DNA of 64,000 nucleotides. Source: a virus. Made by a program: the position numbers and the translations under genes. Every line of letters starts with the position of its first letter. Position 1 is the stretch's first letter. The stretch is from the IMG/VR virus record IMGVR_UViG_3300012359_000002, positions 1 through 64,000 of that record; one strand, given 5' to 3'. This document shows, in pieces, positions 47,295 to 57,731 of this stretch. The notes beneath the pieces are model-generated. The model ran no database searches. It saw only the letters and a list, made by a program, of their open reading frames with translations, and was not told the origin of the DNA.

Positions 47295-47654
47295 ATGCCG
47301 TCGGGAAGATATGCCACCGAAGTGCAGCCCCGCGTGAACTTCACAATGGACCCGGAACTGTTCCGCCGGGTCGTCGCCTACCACAAGGCGATCGACCCGA
47401 ACCGGCTCGCGAGTGAAACGATGCGCGAGCTTTTGTGGACCGCTGTGAATGGTGCGGATCCGACGAGCGGTGTGTTAATCGCCGCGCGGAAGCTCGGGTT
47501 TCACCACTCGAAGTCGTATGCACTTTCGCGCATTTCAACGTTCCTGATCGAGTTGGGACGCGAGATGGCCGGTCTTTCACACGCTGCTGACGCGAACGCA
47601 TTCAACGAGGCGCAGCTTGCGGTGACCGAAGCTGAGCGCGCGAGGAACAAGTGA
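47295..47654 (+). CDS. RHH-like regulator
   Basis: PRVNFTMDPELFRRV. Confidence 0.55.
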   Translation: MPSGRYATEVQPRVNFTMDPELFRRVVAYHKAIDPNRLASETMRELLWTAVNGADPTSGVLIAARKLGFHHSKSYALSRISTFLIELGREMAGLSHAADANAFNEAQLAVTEAERARNK

Positions 47655-48292
47655 TGAGCGAAGGATTGCAGATTCACAACGACGTGATCAAAGTGTCACC
47701 GGCGACACACGATCCCGACGGTCACGCGCTGGAGCCGGAACTCGCGCCAGCCGTTCGATCGATGATTGTGTCAGCGCCGCTTTCGTTCAACGGCGGTGCA
47801 ATGGTGACGCCGTCGTTGCCCGGATCGTTCGACTACCAGACGACAGCCGGTGAGATCGCGTACGCAATGCGATCGCGTTGCGCGACGTGCAAGCACTTCA
47901 ACGCGCCGCGTTGGCGTCAGCTCCGCCGCGAGTTGGAGTGGTCGGCCGACATGGAGAAGCGCTCCTTCGTGAACGAGGTGCGCGCGTCGATCGAGCAGAC
48001 CATGCCGGCGCGTGAGCGCGAGAAGTTCGTGGACGAGGCGAATGAGCTGGAGATCGAGCTGGCCCTCGACGCGTTCGGCCTTTGCGAGGCAATGACCGAG
48101 ATCTACTCGCGCGAGCACGCCGCCCTCTTCCCTGCGCTGCAGCTTCCCACCGGCGGCTGTCCGCAGACGAAGACGCCGCACGGCACGGACCTCTCGAACC
48201 TCTACCAGCCGCGCGATCGCGGAGCAGATCGAGCCGCGTCAGGCGCCTTCGACAAGATCATGGGAATGGCCCGCGGGCGTACACCGGGCTAG
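47651..48292 (+). CDS. Hypothetical protein
   Basis: 213 aa, CATCKHF. Confidence 0.65.
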   Translation: MMSEGLQIHNDVIKVSPATHDPDGHALEPELAPAVRSMIVSAPLSFNGGAMVTPSLPGSFDYQTTAGEIAYAMRSRCATCKHFNAPRWRQLRRELEWSADMEKRSFVNEVRASIEQTMPAREREKFVDEANELEIELALDAFGLCEAMTEIYSREHAALFPALQLPTGGCPQTKTPHGTDLSNLYQPRDRGADRAASGAFDKIMGMARGRTPG

Positions 48293-48334
48293 CCTCTTCA
48301 CGCGCAGTTCACCAGTCGAAGGAGTGCCCAAAAA

Positions 48335-49003
48335 ATGCGAGAGTTCCTGCCCGTCGTGCGTCGTCTCTACCTGCTGTGCCTCGTGGTCCTTTTTCTCGTG
48401 CCTGCGTCCGCGTTCGCGCAGATCACGCCGATCGACCTCGGACCGATCGTGAACGCGCTGCCGTTCTCTCTGCAGGTGAAGGCGTCGATTCTCGTCTGCC
48501 TCCCGTTCGTGTACGTCGTGCTGATGGGCGCGCGTCGATTCACGTTGCCGACGTCGCCGACGGGAAAGCTCGTCCGCTCGATCCTCACCGGATGGAAGCA
48601 CCCTGACGAGATCACACCTGTGATCGGTGGTGGTACGTTTCAGCAGGCGTCGAAAGGTTTCATGAAGCTCGGGACGCTCACCCTTCTCGCCGTCGTGATG
48701 ACCGGCCTCGTCTTCGGCTGTGGCGCGCTGCAGAAGACGACGGTCGCCGGTAGCGTCTCGGGAAAGTCGGCCGACGTCTCCGTCACCGCCCCCGACGGCT
48801 CGACCTACGGGCTGCTCGTTGGCAACCACGAGGCTTGCGTCACCGGTGCACCGTTCGTGAAGTTGCCAGGCTCGACGATCGAATGCCAGCCCGCGTGTGG
48901 TGCGCTCGTGCTGGGTGGTGCGGTGGTCACCGTCGAGTGCCGTGTGATCGGAACGACGCAGACGTTCCCGATCCACTTCGCCATCCCGCTCGGGAAGAGC
49001 TAA
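48335..49003 (+). CDS. Membrane protein
   Basis: AAGGAG RBS; three hydrophobic segments. Confidence 0.65.
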   Translation: MREFLPVVRRLYLLCLVVLFLVPASAFAQITPIDLGPIVNALPFSLQVKASILVCLPFVYVVLMGARRFTLPTSPTGKLVRSILTGWKHPDEITPVIGGGTFQQASKGFMKLGTLTLLAVVMTGLVFGCGALQKTTVAGSVSGKSADVSVTAPDGSTYGLLVGNHEACVTGAPFVKLPGSTIECQPACGALVLGGAVVTVECRVIGTTQTFPIHFAIPLGKS

Positions 49004-49007
49004 GCTC

Positions 49008-50590
49008 ATGGGTGTGTTCGGGAATCCGACCGGCCCGGCGTGGGTTGCGCTCGCCGCGGCTGGTCTGACGATGGAAGCGATCGAAAAGCTCCGCGCTGCG
49101 GTGGACGGACTCGGCGAGCACGCACACCTCGCGCTCACGACGGTCCTCGCTCACCTCCCGAAGCCGGAGATCACGGCAGAGGACGACCCGGGGAACGGGC
49201 CGGGCGGGGGCTGACCGTGACCGTCAACGACGCCGCGCGGGGCGCCGCGTTGCAGCTGCAGGTCCTCATCATCGCTTGCGTGAGGGAGGAGACCAACCCG
49301 CCCGCCCTCCCGTACGCAACCCGAACCCCGGCGGACGTCGCAGCCGAGGTGCTGGGCAACTGTCTCGCGAACCTGGGGCACGCCATCGCCCGGGAGGCGC
49401 GCCACGGGGTCGACCCCGCGCCACCGGCACGGGAGGGCTGAATGGCCGTCACGATCGAGAGCGTTCTCCAGGTGGCAATCGGACTCGTGCCGCTGGCGCT
49501 CGGCGGTGCGCCACTCTCTATGCTGGAGCTGGCGGCGGTCTCCGGTCTCTCAGGTCTTCTCTCTCCAGCAGACGTCGAAGCGGCGGCGAAGGAAGCGGCC
49601 CGTCTCGTCTTTGGGCTCGCCACGTGGGCCGCGAAACACGGGGGGAAGGCGACCGGAGGCGATCCTGACATCGGCGGCAACGACCGCGCGCCGTCGACCG
49701 GCGACGTCATCCTCCACCCCGAACCAGAAGATGACGACGTGTGGTGATCGCGATGAAACCTATTCGCCCCGTCTTTGAGAAGGTGTGGTCAGGCTCGGTC
49801 ATGAACATGATCGAGCTGTGGCAAGAGTGGACCGTTCCGGCGAACGTGATCGAGATTCAGCAAATCGGTGATCTCTCGATCTACGGCGTCAACGTTGTTC
49901 CTGACGAGTTTCACAAGCGTGGAGAACGCAGTATCTTCTCGCTCGACTTACGCGTCTGTAACAGTACGCAGTTCATGGCACCGATCGCAATGCTCATGGA
50001 CGCGCACGTTGCGTGGGAAAAGTTCCTCGCGACGTTCGAGAAGATCTCGCCGCACGAGCGCACCGATCCAACGAGATTGCGTGCGCCGATCCTTATCGGC
50101 CGTCGCGACTACATCCGCGTCAGAATCTGTCGCGCGGACGGCTCGTCGATCGACGACGATCTGGTGCCGAAGTTCCAGCTCTGCGTTCGTGCATTTCAGA
50201 TGCGCGACGTGAGGTGATGTGATGCGAAGGTGCACACGAAGCGAGCGGGAGCTGTTCGAGTCGATTGCCCGTCAGTACAATGGGCCCTCGACGTGCGTGC
50301 ACTACTTGACGCCCAACGACCCAACGGTTCTGTGCACGCACCTCGCATCGTACATGCCGATCGTGAAGTTCTTCCCGCCTGGTCACGAGAACGCGTATCT
50401 TCCCGCCGCGTTGCTAACCTGGGGCGCTTGTGCCAAGCACAAGAAAGAGCTGACGCTCGCCGACGTGGACGACGGCGACGCGCAGGGGATCGTCGCGATC
50501 GTGAAGCGGATGATTGAGTCGGCCGGCGCGCCGCAGCCCGACCTCGACCGCACCGAGATCGTCTGGATCGCCCTCCCGCTGCGCAACTGA
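49008..50590 (+). CDS. Small hypothetical genes (49008-49214, ~49217-49441, 49442-49747, 49741-50217, 50219-50590)
   Basis: Co-oriented, tightly packed ORFs. Confidence 0.5.
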
Positions 50591-50598
50591 GGCCGCCC

Positions 50599-50988
50599 GT
50601 GCCATTCGAGCTGACACCGACACCACGCTTGTACTTCTTCGTGCAGTCGGGCTGCGATCACTGTCGCGAAGCAGAGCCGCACGTCCTGCGGCTCGCGCGA
50701 GAGCACGCGCTGCGCATCCTCGTGATCACCCTGCACCTCGATCGCAAGGAGTGGCACGTCCTCGGGTGGCAGCCGAAAGGCACGCCCGGCTACGCCCTGG
50801 TCGACGGCACGACGATCGTGCGCAAGACTGAAGGGCTCATGGACTACGGCGAGCTGGTCTCGTGGATCGAGGGCAAAGCCGTCGAGGGCGCCGCGGAGGA
50901 AGAGGAAGAGGAAGAGGAGTCGGAGGAGGAAGAGGTCGAGGAAGACGACGTCGAGGACGAAGAGGATGAAGAGGAGGAAGTAGCGTGA
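50599..50988 (+). CDS. Thioredoxin-like protein with acidic tail
   Basis: GCDHC, GTPGY, EGLMD. Confidence 0.75.
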   Translation: MPFELTPTPRLYFFVQSGCDHCREAEPHVLRLAREHALRILVITLHLDRKEWHVLGWQPKGTPGYALVDGTTIVRKTEGLMDYGELVSWIEGKAVEGAAEEEEEEEESEEEEVEEDDVEDEEDEEEEVA

Positions 50989-51326
50989 TCTTCAGTGGCA
51001 TGGTGGAGTTGCTGTTCTACACCTTCGCCGCCTTCGGCTTTTGCTGGGGTGTTGGCGGGTCGACGCTGACGCGACCGGTACGCGAGTCGATCGCGAAGAC
51101 CGCGCAGAGAACGCGCGACGACGGGCTGAGTTTCGAGCCGTTCGTTCTGTCAGCTTTGTTGCAGCTCGCCGAATGCCCCGCGTGTCTCGGCTTTTGGACC
51201 GGGATCGCCTGCGGTGCGGCGCTGGCAGGTTGGCACTTCAGACTCTCAATCATCGCCGTCGGTTTCTATACCGCCGGTGTCAACTACGTGATCGGGCGCC
51301 TGACTGGCCTGATCGCAGAGCCGTAA
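50985..51326 (+). CDS. DUF1360-like membrane protein
   Basis: TM segments with CPACLGFW. Confidence 0.6.
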   Translation: MIFSGMVELLFYTFAAFGFCWGVGGSTLTRPVRESIAKTAQRTRDDGLSFEPFVLSALLQLAECPACLGFWTGIACGAALAGWHFRLSIIAVGFYTAGVNYVIGRLTGLIAEP

Positions 51327-51358
51327 CACCGCAGCACAACCCGTCACGGAGGTGACAC

Positions 51359-52098
51359 ATGGCAGTACGTTCGTTGAAAACGAAGAAGGGAAAGTCGGCA
51401 ACGTCGAAGGCGACGGCGCGTGAGGTGCTGGAGCGCTACATCAGCGTACTCGAAGAATTGACACCGGGCGAAATCGACGCAATCAAGTCGACGGTGACGC
51501 AACTCACCGAGAAGATCTACCCGCCGCCCACGTTCCACGCACCCGCCACGTGCCTGAAGCTGGAGCCGATGACCGTCCCGCCGGCCCTCCTGTTCGCGCA
51601 CGAGGCCGTTACCCTACGCAACCTCGTCGAGGTCGCCGAGAGCGCGAAGCGCCTGGGCTGGGACGAGATCGTCAGCTACTGCAAGGGCACCGCTGACGCG
51701 ATCGTCGCGCCGCCCGGCACGGTCAACGAGGCGCCAGTCGAGGTCACCACCACGCCAAAGGAGGAGCTGTCGTGAGCACCGAGACCATTCCCGTCACCCT
51801 GACGAATCGCCCGAAGACCCGCCTCGGGATCTGCCCCTTCTCGCTCAAGGTCGAGCCGGTGAGCGCGATCGCGACCGCGGAGGGCAAGGTCGCGGAGCAG
51901 AAGATCAACCTCTGCAACTGCGTCGGCGCCGCCTGCCACCTCTGGCAGTTCGAGGCCGGCACCGACCCGGCGACGGGCGACTGCGCGCTGAACATCGCCG
52001 CGCAGGGATCTTCCGCCACCGCCTACCTGCTGAACCGCATGTTCGCCTCCCAGGCGGCGCAGGCGGGGCAGGCGCAGGGCGAGGCGCCGCAGAACTGA
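51359..52098 (+). CDS. Two hypothetical genes (51359-51775, 51772-52098)
   Basis: GGAGG RBS sites and a 4-bp overlap. Confidence 0.6.
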
Positions 52099-52123
52099 CC
52101 TTCACGCAAGGAGAACAAACGAA

Positions 52124-53701
52124 ATGACCCCCGAGTCTCAGCTTCAGCAGGACCCCAACATCCTGATCTCCGGCATCTCCGACGTCGCGAAGGGCACTGG
52201 AGTCAACGCGTTCAAGATCAGGATCCAGAGGCGGGCTCCGGGGCAGTCGTATCCCGTCCTCCTCGCCGCCTTCGAGGACGCGACCGTCGATCAGATCGCG
52301 CACCCGGAGTCGTGGCTCACGCGAATCGGCGGCGGTGGGACCTATCTCATCACCGTGTTCCACCCCGTCGATACCGCGAAAGTGCTCAACATCGCGCCGA
52401 TCATCGTGCAAGCCGGCGGTGCGCCACGACAGGAACCGGTCGACCCGTCGATCGTGAACGAGCCGAACTGGACTGGCCCCAAGGACATGTCCTTCCCTTT
52501 GCAACAGCGCCGAAGCGGAGCCGTCACTCCAATCTTCGGCATGCCCTCGTCGTTTGGGGACGCCACCGGGTCAGCGCCTCGCAACGGTGACCAGCCTTCA
52601 TTCGGTGGCGTCCCCTCTTCACCCGCCACGCAGTTCGACGCGATCCGCGTCTCCCTGGAGCGCGAGCGCGAGGATCTGCGCCAGCAGACGCTCCGCGCCC
52701 AGGAGGAGCGTCACCGCGCCGAGGTTCTCGCCGTGCAGCAGCGCAACGAGCTGGAGCTGGCAAAGCTCCGCGCAGAGTTCAAGGTCGCGGCTGTGCCGGT
52801 GGTGCAGCAGCGCGAGGGCCCGAGCGAGACGGCGACGCTGATCGTCGAGATGAACCGCCAGTCGCAGGCCTCCGCCGATCGCTTCCAGGCGCTCATGCTG
52901 GAGCTGAACAAGGGCACAGCGATGCAGCTCGCCGGCATGCAGGAGACGAACAAGCTTCTGCTGTCGAAGCTTCTCGACAAGCCCGCGATCGATCCGGTGA
53001 TGGAGAAGCTCCTCGCGAAGAACGCCGACGAGGCCGGCGCGATCGTGAAGGTCGTGACGCAGATGGCGGAGGCCTCCGGGTCGATCGTCAACATGATGGT
53101 CTCGGCGGTGCACTCGATCTCCGAGCTGAATCGCTCGCCCGACGACGCCGAGCCCAACTGGCTCAAGGCGGTGAAGATTGGGATCGAGGGGCTGCGCCCG
53201 ATGCTCGCCGGCATGCAGGCGCAGCAGGTGCAGGCACCGCCTGTCTACCAGCCGCAGCCGGCGCAGTTCCAGTCGCCCCGCCCGCGCGTGCAACCGCCAC
53301 GCGTGGTGCCTTCACAGCCCGTCGCAGTTCCGGTGCCTGCGCCGCAACCGCAGCCCCAGGCGACGCAGCCGGCATCCTTCGGCGACGCAGACGGATCGAA
53401 CCTCGATGCGTTCCTCCAGATCGTCCGCGCGATCCGTGAGCGGCGCGACCCAACAGAGGTGGCGACGTTCTTCCTCGACAACGTGGAGGAGCCGGCGGTG
53501 AAGTCGCGCCTCGACGCTGCCGGCGGGAACCCACTCGAAGCGCTCGAACCGCACCTTCGCGACTGGGTAGGCGCCGACGTGCAGAACATGCCCTACATCC
53601 ACACGCTGCTGAAGGAAGTGGAGCGGATCTACGCCGAGCGCCAGGGTGGCAGGGAGGAAGAGGAAGAGGAAGAGGCGACGGACGGCGAGAAGCTGGCGTA
53701 G
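52124..53701 (+). CDS. 525-aa coiled-coil, Pro/Gln-rich protein
   Basis: AAGGAG RBS; long ORF; two SFGDA motifs at domain boundaries. Confidence 0.75.
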   Translation: MTPESQLQQDPNILISGISDVAKGTGVNAFKIRIQRRAPGQSYPVLLAAFEDATVDQIAHPESWLTRIGGGGTYLITVFHPVDTAKVLNIAPIIVQAGGAPRQEPVDPSIVNEPNWTGPKDMSFPLQQRRSGAVTPIFGMPSSFGDATGSAPRNGDQPSFGGVPSSPATQFDAIRVSLEREREDLRQQTLRAQEERHRAEVLAVQQRNELELAKLRAEFKVAAVPVVQQREGPSETATLIVEMNRQSQASADRFQALMLELNKGTAMQLAGMQETNKLLLSKLLDKPAIDPVMEKLLAKNADEAGAIVKVVTQMAEASGSIVNMMVSAVHSISELNRSPDDAEPNWLKAVKIGIEGLRPMLAGMQAQQVQAPPVYQPQPAQFQSPRPRVQPPRVVPSQPVAVPVPAPQPQPQATQPASFGDADGSNLDAFLQIVRAIRERRDPTEVATFFLDNVEEPAVKSRLDAAGGNPLEALEPHLRDWVGADVQNMPYIHTLLKEVERIYAERQGGREEEEEEEATDGEKLA

Positions 53702-53704
53702 CTC

Positions 53705-53884
53705 ATGCCGCGCTACGTCTACCGGTGCGTGAAGGGGCACGAGGTCGAGCTGCAGCGAAGCGTCGCAGATCGACTCGACCCTGTCGTCTGTGAGATCTGC
53801 ACGCTGCTCGAACCGTGCACGCACATGAGGATTGCCCCGGCGCTCGTCTCGCCGTCTTTTCCGGGGGCAGACAGGTGGAGGTGA
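53705..53884 (+). CDS. FmdB-family zinc-ribbon protein (not in the ORF track)
   Basis: MPRYVYRCVKGHEVE..VVCEIC, read manually. Confidence 0.65.
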   Translation: MPRYVYRCVKGHEVELQRSVADRLDPVVCEICTLLEPCTHMRIAPALVSPSFPGADRWR

Positions 53885-53945
53885 CGCGCCGCATAACGCA
53901 CAAGCCCGTCCTTGACGTCGGGCTTGGTCGAAACTAAGGTTCGGG

Positions 53946-54030
53946 CTGTGCGCGGCTTGGTGTGGCGCGGTGCGGAGCCGAAAGGCTCAAGGCCCCGGGG
54001 TAACTTCCCTCCCCCGGGGCCTCTTTTTGT
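53946..54030 (+). ncRNA. Candidate ~85-nt small RNA
   Basis: Promoter TTGACG-N17-TAAGGT (53912-53940), GAGCC-GAAA-GGCTC hairpin, then an intrinsic terminator. Confidence 0.4.
53989..54030 (+). terminator. Rho-independent terminator
   Basis: AGGCCCCGGGGG..CCCCCGGGGCCT followed by CTTTTTGT. Confidence 0.85.
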
Positions 54031-54068
54031 TCGCGCCCCACGCGTTTCCTGAACAGCCACCGACCACC

Positions 54069-54096
54069 TTGACAGACGCGTTGCAGATCCTAGCTT
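54069..54096 (+). promoter_or_regulatory. Promoter for the structural operon
   Basis: TTGACA-N16-TAGCTT. Confidence 0.5.
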
Positions 54097-54185
54097 GACT
54101 CTGCACACGTACCGTCACTAGTCTCCTCTTCGCGAGGCGCGTTCGAAGTGCTGGTCTTTCCGATGTACGAGGGGAGATCACGTCT

Positions 54186-54710
54186 TTGCGCTTCTCGACC
54201 GCGACGATCACCGACCAAGATCAAGCGCTGAAGAAGCTGGCGCAGTTGATCGAAAAGGGTCAGGAGCATCCGCGTGTTCGAGCGATGGCGTTGCGAATCG
54301 TGCGCGACTGCGCCGGCCGCGATGACATGTGTGAGCTGACTGCAATCTACAACTGGGTGAAGGAGAACATCCCCTACCGCGCAGATCCGAAGACGATCGA
54401 CTTCTTCGTCGCCGCGGATCGCATGCTCCTCATGCACGAGAAGGGTGCTCCCGGCGAGGATTGCGACGGGCACACCGTGCTGAATGCATCCCTCGCCGGC
54501 TCCCTCGGTTTCACCGCCGGAGCACGAGCGTACGGTGCGGGACGCACCGGTGCGTACACGCACGTCTACGCCGTCGCGCTCGTGCCGAAGAAGTCGTCGA
54601 ACGTGTCATCAGGCAAGATCGTCGGCCTCGACACGACCGTCGATCAGGCACGCGTCGGGTGGCAACCGCCACCCGGTCACTACCGCACAGCTTGGGTTCA
54701 GGACGACTGA
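54186..54710 (+). CDS. Transglutaminase-like Cys-His-Asp enzyme (candidate maturation protease)
   Basis: IYNWVKENIPY, EDCDGH, THVYA, GLDTT. Confidence 0.8.
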   Translation: MRFSTATITDQDQALKKLAQLIEKGQEHPRVRAMALRIVRDCAGRDDMCELTAIYNWVKENIPYRADPKTIDFFVAADRMLLMHEKGAPGEDCDGHTVLNASLAGSLGFTAGARAYGAGRTGAYTHVYAVALVPKKSSNVSSGKIVGLDTTVDQARVGWQPPPGHYRTAWVQDD

Positions 54711-54722
54711 AGGAGCACACGC

Positions 54723-55166
54723 ATGGCTTCCGTCTCAGGTCGCACATACGCAGAAATGGCCGCGCTGAGCAGGTTCGCGGCGATGTCCGCCTTCGAGCAG
54801 CGTCGTCCGCCGCTCTCGTCCCGCGACTTCCGCCCCAACGGGCGAGGACTCGGGCGTCTTGGTCGCTTCGGCGACGAGACAGACTACACGGACTCGGAGT
54901 ACGACACCACCGACGAGCCATCCACGCTCGACACGATCTCGTCGATCCTCCAGGCCGCCGCGCCCGCCGCGATCGGAATTGCCGGGTCACTCACCGGTCA
55001 CGCGACTGCGGGTGCGATGCCTGGCACCTACTACGCCACGCCGCCGCAGTTGACGCAGCCGTACAACCCCGGGCTGCTGCCGCCGGCACCCACGTCGAAC
55101 ACCATGCTCTACGTCGGGCTCGGCGTCGCTGCGCTCGCCGCCGTCGTGCTCATGAAGAAGAAGTAG
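54723..55166 (+). CDS. Putative virion membrane protein
   Basis: C-terminal TM followed by KKK; GLGRLGRFGD motif. Confidence 0.65.
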   Translation: MASVSGRTYAEMAALSRFAAMSAFEQRRPPLSSRDFRPNGRGLGRLGRFGDETDYTDSEYDTTDEPSTLDTISSILQAAAPAAIGIAGSLTGHATAGAMPGTYYATPPQLTQPYNPGLLPPAPTSNTMLYVGLGVAALAAVVLMKKK

Positions 55167-55179
55167 CAGGGAGATCGCG

Positions 55180-55760
55180 ATGGTACGCAAGCGCAAGCGA
55201 AAGGGCTACGGATCGCCGCCCGCCGAGCACACGAAGCGGGCAGGGCACGCGTACGAGAAGTCGATGGAGAACGCCGAGCGCGCCATCGATCTCGCGAGTC
55301 GCAACGCCTGCAGGACGGCAGTCGGATCGCTCGCGACGGCAGAATACTGGCGCGGGCGCGGTGATGCGGAGTCCGAGGGAGCAGGCGGCATGCTCGGCCG
55401 CGCCAAGCCCGGCGTGCAGATCGGCAAGGCGTACACGGCGGTCGGCAAATGCTGGGATCGAGGAGATCGCGGATGAGCAAGCGCAAGAACTTCGGGTCAC
55501 CGGCGTCGCTGCACCGCTCGAATGCCGGGTCGATCAGCAAGGATGTGCGTCGCTTCGCGCAGGCGGCGCGCACGCAGGCGAAGCACGGCGATTGCCGGAG
55601 CGCCCTGCACCTCTTCGGCGTCGTCGCGTACCACGCCGGGCAGGCAGCAGCCGAGCGTGGGCACACGGGACGCAGAGGGTACCGCGGTGGCAGCCGAATG
55701 GGATCGCGAGTCCTCGGGCTCCAGAAGACGATCTTTCGCCTGTGCAAGGTGGGCCGGTGA
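55180..55760 (+). CDS. Two paralogous small basic proteins (55180-55476, 55473-55760)
   Basis: KRKGYGSPPAEH..CRTA versus KRKNFGSPASLH..CRSA. Confidence 0.6.
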
Positions 55761-56155
55761 GCGAGTCCCGAATCCTCGTGCTCGAAGGTTACGACGCGTC
55801 GCCGCGCAATCGCAGCGCCACGCGACGCGAAGCCGTCGAGTGGAACGCGTGCAAGGTGGAGCGCAAGGTCGACGTCTACCGCCGCGGTGGCGTCGATCAG
55901 GCGCCCTCCGTCGCGTGCTCGAACAACACCAAGTTCTGGGTCCTCGCCTCGACGAAGAAGCAGGCCCACAAGCTCGCCGTCCAGAAGTTCCGCGGCGAGA
56001 AGAAGGCGAGGCGCCGTCTCGGCGACGTGTCGCCGGCTCAGTCTGCTGCGCAGCGGAGGTTCACCGCGGCAGCTCACGCCTGCCGTGCTGACGTCGGTAC
56101 GGGAGGGAAGAACCGCAGCTACCTCACCTGCATGAAGCAGAAGCTGACGAAGTAG
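55757..56155 (+). CDS. Basic hypothetical protein
   Basis: GTG start overlapping the upstream stop. Confidence 0.55.
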   Translation: MSESRILVLEGYDASPRNRSATRREAVEWNACKVERKVDVYRRGGVDQAPSVACSNNTKFWVLASTKKQAHKLAVQKFRGEKKARRRLGDVSPAQSAAQRRFTAAAHACRADVGTGGKNRSYLTCMKQKLTK

Positions 56156-56190
56156 AGCAGTCCACCACGTTCACAGAAGGAGAAGTACAC

Positions 56191-56766
56191 ATGGCAAAGC
56201 GTCGTCGGTACGGTGACATCGTTGCGCTCCCGCTTGGTGGGCTCGACGTCCTGAAGAGCAGCGTCAAGGGGACCGATCTCCTCGTCGGCGCCCTGCTCGG
56301 CGTCGGAGGCTTCGGCGCGCTCAACTGGGTGAAGAACCAGACGTGGTTTCCCCTCTCCCTCAAGACGAACGCGCAGTTCGTCCGCTTCGCCCCGCTCGCT
56401 TCGGGTACGCTCGCGGCGATCGGCGTCTACTTCGCCGACAAGAAGCTCCTGAAGATGGGCAGCAGCGCGGCCGGTCACGCCGTCGGCGCGTTCGCGGCCG
56501 GGCTCGCCGTCCAGGCGCTGCAGGAGGCCAAGACGCAGTGGCCCCAGTATTTCTCGGACATCGTCGACCTCCGCCTCGCCGGCTTCATCGTGAACGATCC
56601 GCAGCGGCGCGCGATGAACGGCTACGGGAGCTTCATCATCGACGACCCCGCCCGCCCCTTCGCCGGCCTCGGCGCCTACAGCGACAACCCGAACCTCGCC
56701 GACCTTGCGGCGCTCAGCATGCAGGAAGACGACGCCGACATGATGGACATCGGCCTCGACGCCTGA
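56191..56766 (+). CDS. Putative virion membrane protein
   Basis: AAGGAG RBS, three hydrophobic helices, strong codon bias. Confidence 0.7.
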   Translation: MAKRRRYGDIVALPLGGLDVLKSSVKGTDLLVGALLGVGGFGALNWVKNQTWFPLSLKTNAQFVRFAPLASGTLAAIGVYFADKKLLKMGSSAAGHAVGAFAAGLAVQALQEAKTQWPQYFSDIVDLRLAGFIVNDPQRRAMNGYGSFIIDDPARPFAGLGAYSDNPNLADLAALSMQEDDADMMDIGLDA

Positions 56767-56877
56767 CACCGCCTTCGGCGGTGATGCACTAGCCGTGAAC
56801 GCCTAGCCGCTAGCGGGCGCCCGCAACCCCACTGAAGCTCGACCAGTCGGAAGACCAAGGTCGAAAAGGAGAAGCAA

Positions 56878-57579
56878 ATGCAGGGTGCTCTGTACATGCC
56901 CGACGGGCGGTTCCGCTCGCCCACCGCAGTTCCTGGCAAGGCCGACGTCCGCGACGATCACGTCTACTCCGCCATCGTGCTCGCGCACGGCGGCACCGGT
57001 CAGCAGAAGCTCTTCACGAACCCGCAGGGCCAGGCGATCCCGACGCTGAAGGGTGCGGCGATCACCGTGGCTCAGGTCCACCAGCAGACCTACACCGAGA
57101 TCACGACCAACCTCACGCAGGCCGGTCAGCTCGGCTCCGCCGTCGGTGATGCGTCCGTCCGTGCGATCGGCATCACGATCGAGCAGGCCGGCTTCTCGCC
57201 GAGCGGTGGCGGTCTGAATGCGTGGGGTGCGACGCAGCTCGAAGCGTGCGACATCGCCTCGAAGGTCTTCTTCCAGTTCAAGATCGCGAGCAAGGTCCAG
57301 ATCCAGGGCCCGGTGTGGGCATTTCCCGCCGCCGGCATGATCTTCGGCTCCCTGTCGACGACGACGAACAATGCGACGCAGGGCCTCTCCGCGAACGGTC
57401 CGAACGGCCTGCCGCGCAAGCTCAAGCTGCCAATCCTCGTCGCGCGTACCGACACGCTCGAAGGCGTCGTCGGCGTGGCCGGCGCGGCGTCGCTCGTCTT
57501 CTCGACCACGACCGGCGCCGGGCAGGCGTCGCTGCTCACCGTCATGCTCTTCGCCCTCGTCAAGGGTGACGTCCGGTAA
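56878..57579 (+). CDS. Candidate major capsid protein (single jelly-roll-like)
   Basis: Strong RBS and strong codon bias; beta-rich KLFTNPQG..TNLTQAGQL..VRAIGI..LKLPILV; downstream hairpin. Confidence 0.6.
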   Translation: MQGALYMPDGRFRSPTAVPGKADVRDDHVYSAIVLAHGGTGQQKLFTNPQGQAIPTLKGAAITVAQVHQQTYTEITTNLTQAGQLGSAVGDASVRAIGITIEQAGFSPSGGGLNAWGATQLEACDIASKVFFQFKIASKVQIQGPVWAFPAAGMIFGSLSTTTNNATQGLSANGPNGLPRKLKLPILVARTDTLEGVVGVAGAASLVFSTTTGAGQASLLTVMLFALVKGDVR

Positions 57580-57630
57580 GTACCTGAAGTTGCTCGGGAA
57601 TTTCTCGAGCTGACTTCGAGCGGCTGCCCA

Positions 57631-57659
57631 GGAGCGCCGGTGGATGAAACCGGCGCTCC
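57631..57659 (+). terminator. Hairpin after the MCP candidate (attenuator or stabiliser)
   Basis: GGAGCGCCGGT / ACCGGCGCTCC 11-bp stem. Confidence 0.6.
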
Positions 57660-57731
57660 GATGAGGCTCTCGAAGAAACCAGCACGGCGCAGCACAGCCC
57701 GCGGTAGCCGCTAGCGCCCGGGGAGAAGTGA

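Noticed and set aside
50895-50985. GAG/GAA-rich low-complexity tract
   Set aside because: It simply encodes the poly-Glu tail of the thioredoxin-like protein.
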